A stretch of 32,000 nt of DNA from Pirellula sp. SH-Sr6A (GTDB taxonomy: Bacteria > Planctomycetota > Planctomycetia > Pirellulales > Pirellulaceae): contig NZ_CP011272.1 of the NCBI RefSeq assembly GCF_001610875.1, positions 662,397-694,396 on the forward strand, written 5' to 3'. Both the position numbers and the translations under genes were made by a program. Shown one piece after another: positions 27,789 to 32,000 of this stretch (its first letter is position 1; every line of letters begins with the position of its first letter). The notes below the pieces were generated by a model that saw only the letters and a list, made by a program, of their open reading frames with translations, made no database searches and was not told the DNA's origin.

Positions 27789-29273
27789 ATGAGGTTAAGG
27801 TTTTTATCGCTGGTAGTCGCCATTGGAACAACAGGCATCTCTTTCTCCCAGGAGAGCCCGGAGCCGCAGCCCGCTGCTCCGCAGATCGAGGCATCGGTAT
27901 CGCAGGCAGAAATGGAGGCGATGCAGGAACGACTCCGCGCATTGGAGTTGGAGTTAAAAGAAACCAGGGAAACTCTGCAGAGTTCGGAGTCTCGATTCGA
28001 TTCGTTTTTGAAGGACTGGAAAGAAAAAGGAGACCCGGAAGTCGACGTGGCGAAGTCGCAGGCCTCCGACAAGAAAGACGGCGCGAAGGACGAGAAGAAG
28101 AAGGAAAGAAAATGGTTTGAGAAACTGGGGATTCGGGGTTACTCGCAGTTTCGCCTCAATGATGTCCTTCGCGAGGAAGGCGCCCCGGCCCAACTAGTTG
28201 GAGATCGATCGGTTGGGGACAATCAATCGTTTCTCATTCGCCGGGCTCGGGTGATTCTCTTTGGCGACGTCTCCGATCACCTTTACGTTTATTTGCAACC
28301 TGACTTTGCCGTCACACCTCCGGGTAGCACTGACAACAACCAATTCGTACAGATTCGCGATTGGTATGGAGACATTTATTTAACCGAAAACAAGGTCCAC
28401 CGAGTTCGTGTGGGTCAATCGAAGATTCCATACGGCTGGGAGAATCTACAGTCCAGTTCCAATCGATTGGCACTGGACCGATCCGATTCAATCAACAGCG
28501 CAGCAAGGAACGAGCGTGATCTCGGCGCGTTTTATTATTGGACACCCGAACCGGCGCAAGAGTACTTCAAGGAAGTTCTCGACCAGGGGCTCAAAGGTTC
28601 TGGGAATTACGGCGTCTTCGGATTCGGCTGTTACAACGGCCAAGGCGGCTCGCTTCAAGAACAGAATGACAATGTGCACCTCATCGCCCGTTTGACCCTT
28701 CCTATGAGGCTTGCGAATGATCAACTTTTCGAGGCCTCCTTGCAGGGATACCGCGGGCACTACACCGTACTGAGTTCCCCCATTCAGCCGCTCGGCATCG
28801 GATCTGCGAGCCGGCCACTCGGAACGTTGGAAACGGGGAATCGTGCAGGTCTGCTGGACGAACGCATGGCGGTTTCCGCAATTTGGTACCCCAAGCCCTT
28901 TGGTATTCAATGCGAATGGAACGTCGGTCGATCGCCCCAACTGAATGCATCCCAGACGGCGATCGAAGTCGGAGATATTCGCGGTGGGTACGTCATGGCC
29001 ATGTACAAGTGGGATACCTGCCACCGCGGGACCTTTTTCCCGTTCTTCAAGTACAACCGATACGAAGGTGGGATGAAAGCGGAACGGAATGCCCCCTTTA
29101 CCCATGTCACCGAATACGAAGCGGGAGTTGAATGGCAAATCACCGAATCAGTGGAATGGACCAACATGGTGACTTGGACCGACCGCACCAACACGACCGC
29201 CCTTTCATCCGGTCGGTCGTATGAGCAGTTTGAAGGGGAGCTTTATCGAACCCAAATCCAAATCAACTACTGA
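27789..29273 (+). CDS. Phosphate-selective porin O/P-like outer-membrane protein
   Basis: The ORF is open from 27678; the likely start is 27789 with signal peptide MRLRFLSLVVAIGTTGISFSQE. A coiled-coil segment (EMEAMQERLRALELELKETRETLQ) precedes a porin barrel with SFLIRRARVILFGDVSDHLYVYLQPDF and VGQSKIPYGWENLQSS. Confidence 0.85.
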   Translation: MRLRFLSLVVAIGTTGISFSQESPEPQPAAPQIEASVSQAEMEAMQERLRALELELKETRETLQSSESRFDSFLKDWKEKGDPEVDVAKSQASDKKDGAKDEKKKERKWFEKLGIRGYSQFRLNDVLREEGAPAQLVGDRSVGDNQSFLIRRARVILFGDVSDHLYVYLQPDFAVTPPGSTDNNQFVQIRDWYGDIYLTENKVHRVRVGQSKIPYGWENLQSSSNRLALDRSDSINSAARNERDLGAFYYWTPEPAQEYFKEVLDQGLKGSGNYGVFGFGCYNGQGGSLQEQNDNVHLIARLTLPMRLANDQLFEASLQGYRGHYTVLSSPIQPLGIGSASRPLGTLETGNRAGLLDERMAVSAIWYPKPFGIQCEWNVGRSPQLNASQTAIEVGDIRGGYVMAMYKWDTCHRGTFFPFFKYNRYEGGMKAERNAPFTHVTEYEAGVEWQITESVEWTNMVTWTDRTNTTALSSGRSYEQFEGELYRTQIQINY

Positions 29274-30733
29274 TTGGCTGCATCGGCGATCGCGTAGATC
29301 TGATCCCCTCTTCGGATCAACAACTTGTTCCCTGCAAACACGACGGCATACTGCCGTGGTTTCGTCTTGGGGATCGCCGTCTGTGGGTTTGGTTGAGACG
29401 CAGAGGGAATCGACGAGGCGGGGAGCGTCCCTGACCCCCTGTTTGCATCGCGGTTGGCTTCTCCCCGGGCCGGGCGAGACGGGGGAGCATACTGTGCATC
29501 GGCGTCGTCTTCCCACAAAACATTGGTCGAGAGTCTTTCAAACTTTGGACCAGCGCGGAGCACCAATGTCGTCCCGACCTCTCCAGCGAAGTAGAGCTTA
29601 TCACCGATGCCGAGTGGAGTGGCCCAAACACTTTGATCTAAACGTTCGCTGTACCTAACCTCGCCGGTTTCGATGTCCATGCAGGTAACGATCCCGCGAC
29701 GATCGGTGAAATACGCGTATCCGTCGTGGTACGTCGGCGAACAAAATCCACAGGTCGCTCGTTGGGATCGCCAAACGTAATCCGCTACATACCCGGATGG
29801 GGTTTTCTTGATCTTCACCAGACCATTCGTGGCGATCGCTTCTTTGCTGGGACCGCCTTCTCTCCCGGCGCTCGCTCCGACGAGGACTCGCCCAGCTGAC
29901 ACGATGTAAGGTGTTTGCGACGAATTTCCGGAGAGCCCCTCCAGCCGCCACAACTCTTTTCCCGTTTCGATTTCCAGCCCACAGAGAAACCCAGCGCCTC
30001 CATCTCGGCCCGAACAGCTCATTACCAAATGTAACGTTCCTTCCTCCGTCGGTAACATCACGGGCGAGCCCCAGGAAACGCCAGCGGGTCGCGCGGTACG
30101 CCAAACTTCTTCGCCGGAATCTTTATGGAGGGCCACAACGTAGGGATCGTCTTTGCGTTGAATCCATACAAAGACCCATTTGTCGGATTGGCAAAGAGAC
30201 GAGGATATGCCGTGATTGGTCTCGGTCGAACCGTACTTTTCAAACAGATCGACGCTCCAGCGTTTTCGACCGGTTCGATCCAGTGCGACGACCAATCCAG
30301 ACTCAAAGCTGGCAACCACTCCGCGTCCATCCGCAACGGGAGTCATCGCACCTCGAGAATGGTAGTCATCGTTCGGAATTAAATTCTTAGTCGATGCTTC
30401 GTGCGTCCACTTCGTCTCGCCGCTGTTCAAATCCATGCAGTGAACGCGGCACTGATCTTTCATCGGCCCGTCGATGCATGTCACGTAGACCTGATTTTCC
30501 CAGACGACGGGACTGCTCTGACCGTATCCCTTTAACTTCGTATTCCATGCGACGTTCTTCTTTGCGTCCCATGTAACGGGAGCTGTCGCGAATTCCGCGG
30601 CCGTCGTCTTACCAAACCCTAAGAAACTAGGCCATTGCGCTTCCGATTGTGCATACACTCTTTGGCCCCCGAGAATCGCGAACGCAAGAAGAGTTGCAAC
30701 GTGAATAGGGTGGCGCCTCGAACAACGTTTCAT
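29267..30733 (-). CDS. PQQ-binding-like beta-propeller repeat protein, secreted
   Basis: The ORF is open to 30799; the likely start is 30733 with signal peptide MKRCSRRHPIHVATLLAFAILGGQRVYAQ. Blade-like repeats: NVAWNTKLKGYGQSSPVVWENQVYVTC, GRGVVASFESGLVVALDRTGRKRW, GIVTCMDIETGEVRY. Confidence 0.88.
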   Translation of the reverse strand: MKRCSRRHPIHVATLLAFAILGGQRVYAQSEAQWPSFLGFGKTTAAEFATAPVTWDAKKNVAWNTKLKGYGQSSPVVWENQVYVTCIDGPMKDQCRVHCMDLNSGETKWTHEASTKNLIPNDDYHSRGAMTPVADGRGVVASFESGLVVALDRTGRKRWSVDLFEKYGSTETNHGISSSLCQSDKWVFVWIQRKDDPYVVALHKDSGEEVWRTARPAGVSWGSPVMLPTEEGTLHLVMSCSGRDGGAGFLCGLEIETGKELWRLEGLSGNSSQTPYIVSAGRVLVGASAGREGGPSKEAIATNGLVKIKKTPSGYVADYVWRSQRATCGFCSPTYHDGYAYFTDRRGIVTCMDIETGEVRYSERLDQSVWATPLGIGDKLYFAGEVGTTLVLRAGPKFERLSTNVLWEDDADAQYAPPSRPARGEANRDANRGSGTLPASSIPSASQPNPQTAIPKTKPRQYAVVFAGNKLLIRRGDQIYAIADAANQ

Positions 30734-30795
30734 GAAGGATCTCGCAGGATAAAAGATACGCCAAGGGGAAGGATCGCACTCCGGCCGAATCGTCA

Positions 30796-31671
30796 TCAAG
30801 GATCCAGTTGATGATTCACTTCACCACCATTTCGGGTCGACAACGCTTGATAGATCGAAAGATCGATGTTCTGCGAAATGAAGTGGGTCGAGCAATCCCC
30901 CAGCACGAAGTTCGCGCCTCCCGTGTGTCGGCTCGAGAAATCGTCGAAGTGCCCCGCTGGGCTGTTGGGCGTGTGATCGGTGCTGCCGAGAATCCGAACC
31001 GGAGCCTCGGCCACCTCCTCGATAACGCCGTGCCAAATCGAACCTCCCAACCGATTGGTTCGCTCCCCAACAATGAACGTGTTCGACAATCCATCAGAAA
31101 GATCTCGAAAACGAATCGCCGAGTTCCCAAAAAAGGTTCCATCTCCATGGTATGGAGCGTCTTCGATTTCGAGCGATCCGAAAACCCCGATGTAATTGGA
31201 CTTCGCAATCTCAAAGAGTTTGGGACCGTCGTCGACGTTTTCCGAATTGAGGGGCTCCCCCGCAATCTGAAACAAATTGCTCCCGGGGTCCGAGGGGCAG
31301 ATAAACGTCGGCAAGGACTGTCGGAGAAAGGGTTCGTTCTGAGGAGCCAAAATCGGACTCGCAAAGTCGATCTGCGAGTGAAGATTGTTTTGCTCCATGA
31401 ATGGAAACAGCGCCGTCCCCCAGGACCAACCCGGCAAGGTCGTTTGGCGGAAATCCACCCAACCCGATGGAAGCCTGCGATAAGCAGACTCGTAGTTCGA
31501 CACGGCGAGCCCTAGCTGTCGCATATTGTTCGTGCACTGCATGCGACGAGCCGCTTCCCGCGCCGCCTGAACGGCAGGCAAGAGGAGCCCGACCAAAATC
31601 CCAATGATCGCGATGACCACCAGCAACTCCACCAGCGTAAAACCCGACTTTGATTGTCTTGTGCGAACCAT
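30796..31671 (-). CDS. DUF1559 domain protein with type II pseudopilin-like N-terminus
   Basis: The ORF is open to 31701; the likely start is 31671. GFTLVELLVVIAIIGILVGLLLPAVQAAREAARRMQCTNNMRQLGLAV and C-terminal FVLGDCSTHFISQNID are diagnostic of the planctomycete DUF1559 family. Confidence 0.96.
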   Translation of the reverse strand: MVRTRQSKSGFTLVELLVVIAIIGILVGLLLPAVQAAREAARRMQCTNNMRQLGLAVSNYESAYRRLPSGWVDFRQTTLPGWSWGTALFPFMEQNNLHSQIDFASPILAPQNEPFLRQSLPTFICPSDPGSNLFQIAGEPLNSENVDDGPKLFEIAKSNYIGVFGSLEIEDAPYHGDGTFFGNSAIRFRDLSDGLSNTFIVGERTNRLGGSIWHGVIEEVAEAPVRILGSTDHTPNSPAGHFDDFSSRHTGGANFVLGDCSTHFISQNIDLSIYQALSTRNGGEVNHQLDP

Positions 31672-31878
31672 GTGCATATCCCTCGAACCAACTATATGCA
31701 ATTCAATTGCGAATGTACTATTTATCGACAGTCAAACAGGGTTGTCAATCGTCGAGGTTGAAACGGGCGTAAGAATCTCGTATTTTTCCCGGTTGGTTGG
31801 GAATGGCAGGCGAACGGAACTCCGTATAATCCGGTCCCTACCCCGACGATTTCGATCTTTTACCGCCGAACGGGAACC

Positions 31879-32000
31879 ATGCTGACTTCACAGGAACTCC
31901 TCAACGATCCACGCGTAGCCCAAGCCAAAGAACTTCTTTTGGCAGCGCTTCGCGATCATTCGCAGAAGATCACGGGAGTTCGGCCTGGTCGCGAGGAGCA
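31879..32000 (+). CDS. Start of an uncharacterised ORF truncated by the window edge
   Basis: ATG at 31879 opens a frame MLTSQELLNDPRVAQAKELLLAALRDHSQKITGVRPGREE that runs off the window without a stop; too short to assign. Confidence 0.5.
   Translation, partial: MLTSQELLNDPRVAQAKELLLAALRDHSQKITGVRPGREE

Overview
This is a chromosomal window whose gene content looks planctomycete (Pirellula-like): adjacent PSCyt1/DUF1553 and DUF1501 genes, a BBP7-type outer-membrane protein, a DUF1559 prepilin-like protein and a PQQ-like beta-propeller protein. About 24 long ORFs account for most of the sequence. Recognisable housekeeping genes are DAHP synthase, peptide deformylase, ferrochelatase and a minus-strand flagellar block (FlgL, FlgK, and a FlgN-like protein assigned by position). 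I found no CRISPR array, transposon, rRNA, tRNA or obvious defence island. The most notable region is 22236-25509. It encodes a SecA-like ATPase that ends right after the second nucleotide-binding/early scaffold region, so the helical wing and C-terminal metal-binding tail are missing. Eight bases downstream on the same strand is a divergent DnaA-like AAA+ protein with a recognisable domain IV but no N-terminal domain I. Other notable points are an enlarged FlgL with three tandem internal repeats, an ExbB/MotA-like protein with no ExbD partner nearby, an ArsR-methyltransferase fusion, and two strong intergenic hairpins. All identifications come from reading motifs; no database search was run.
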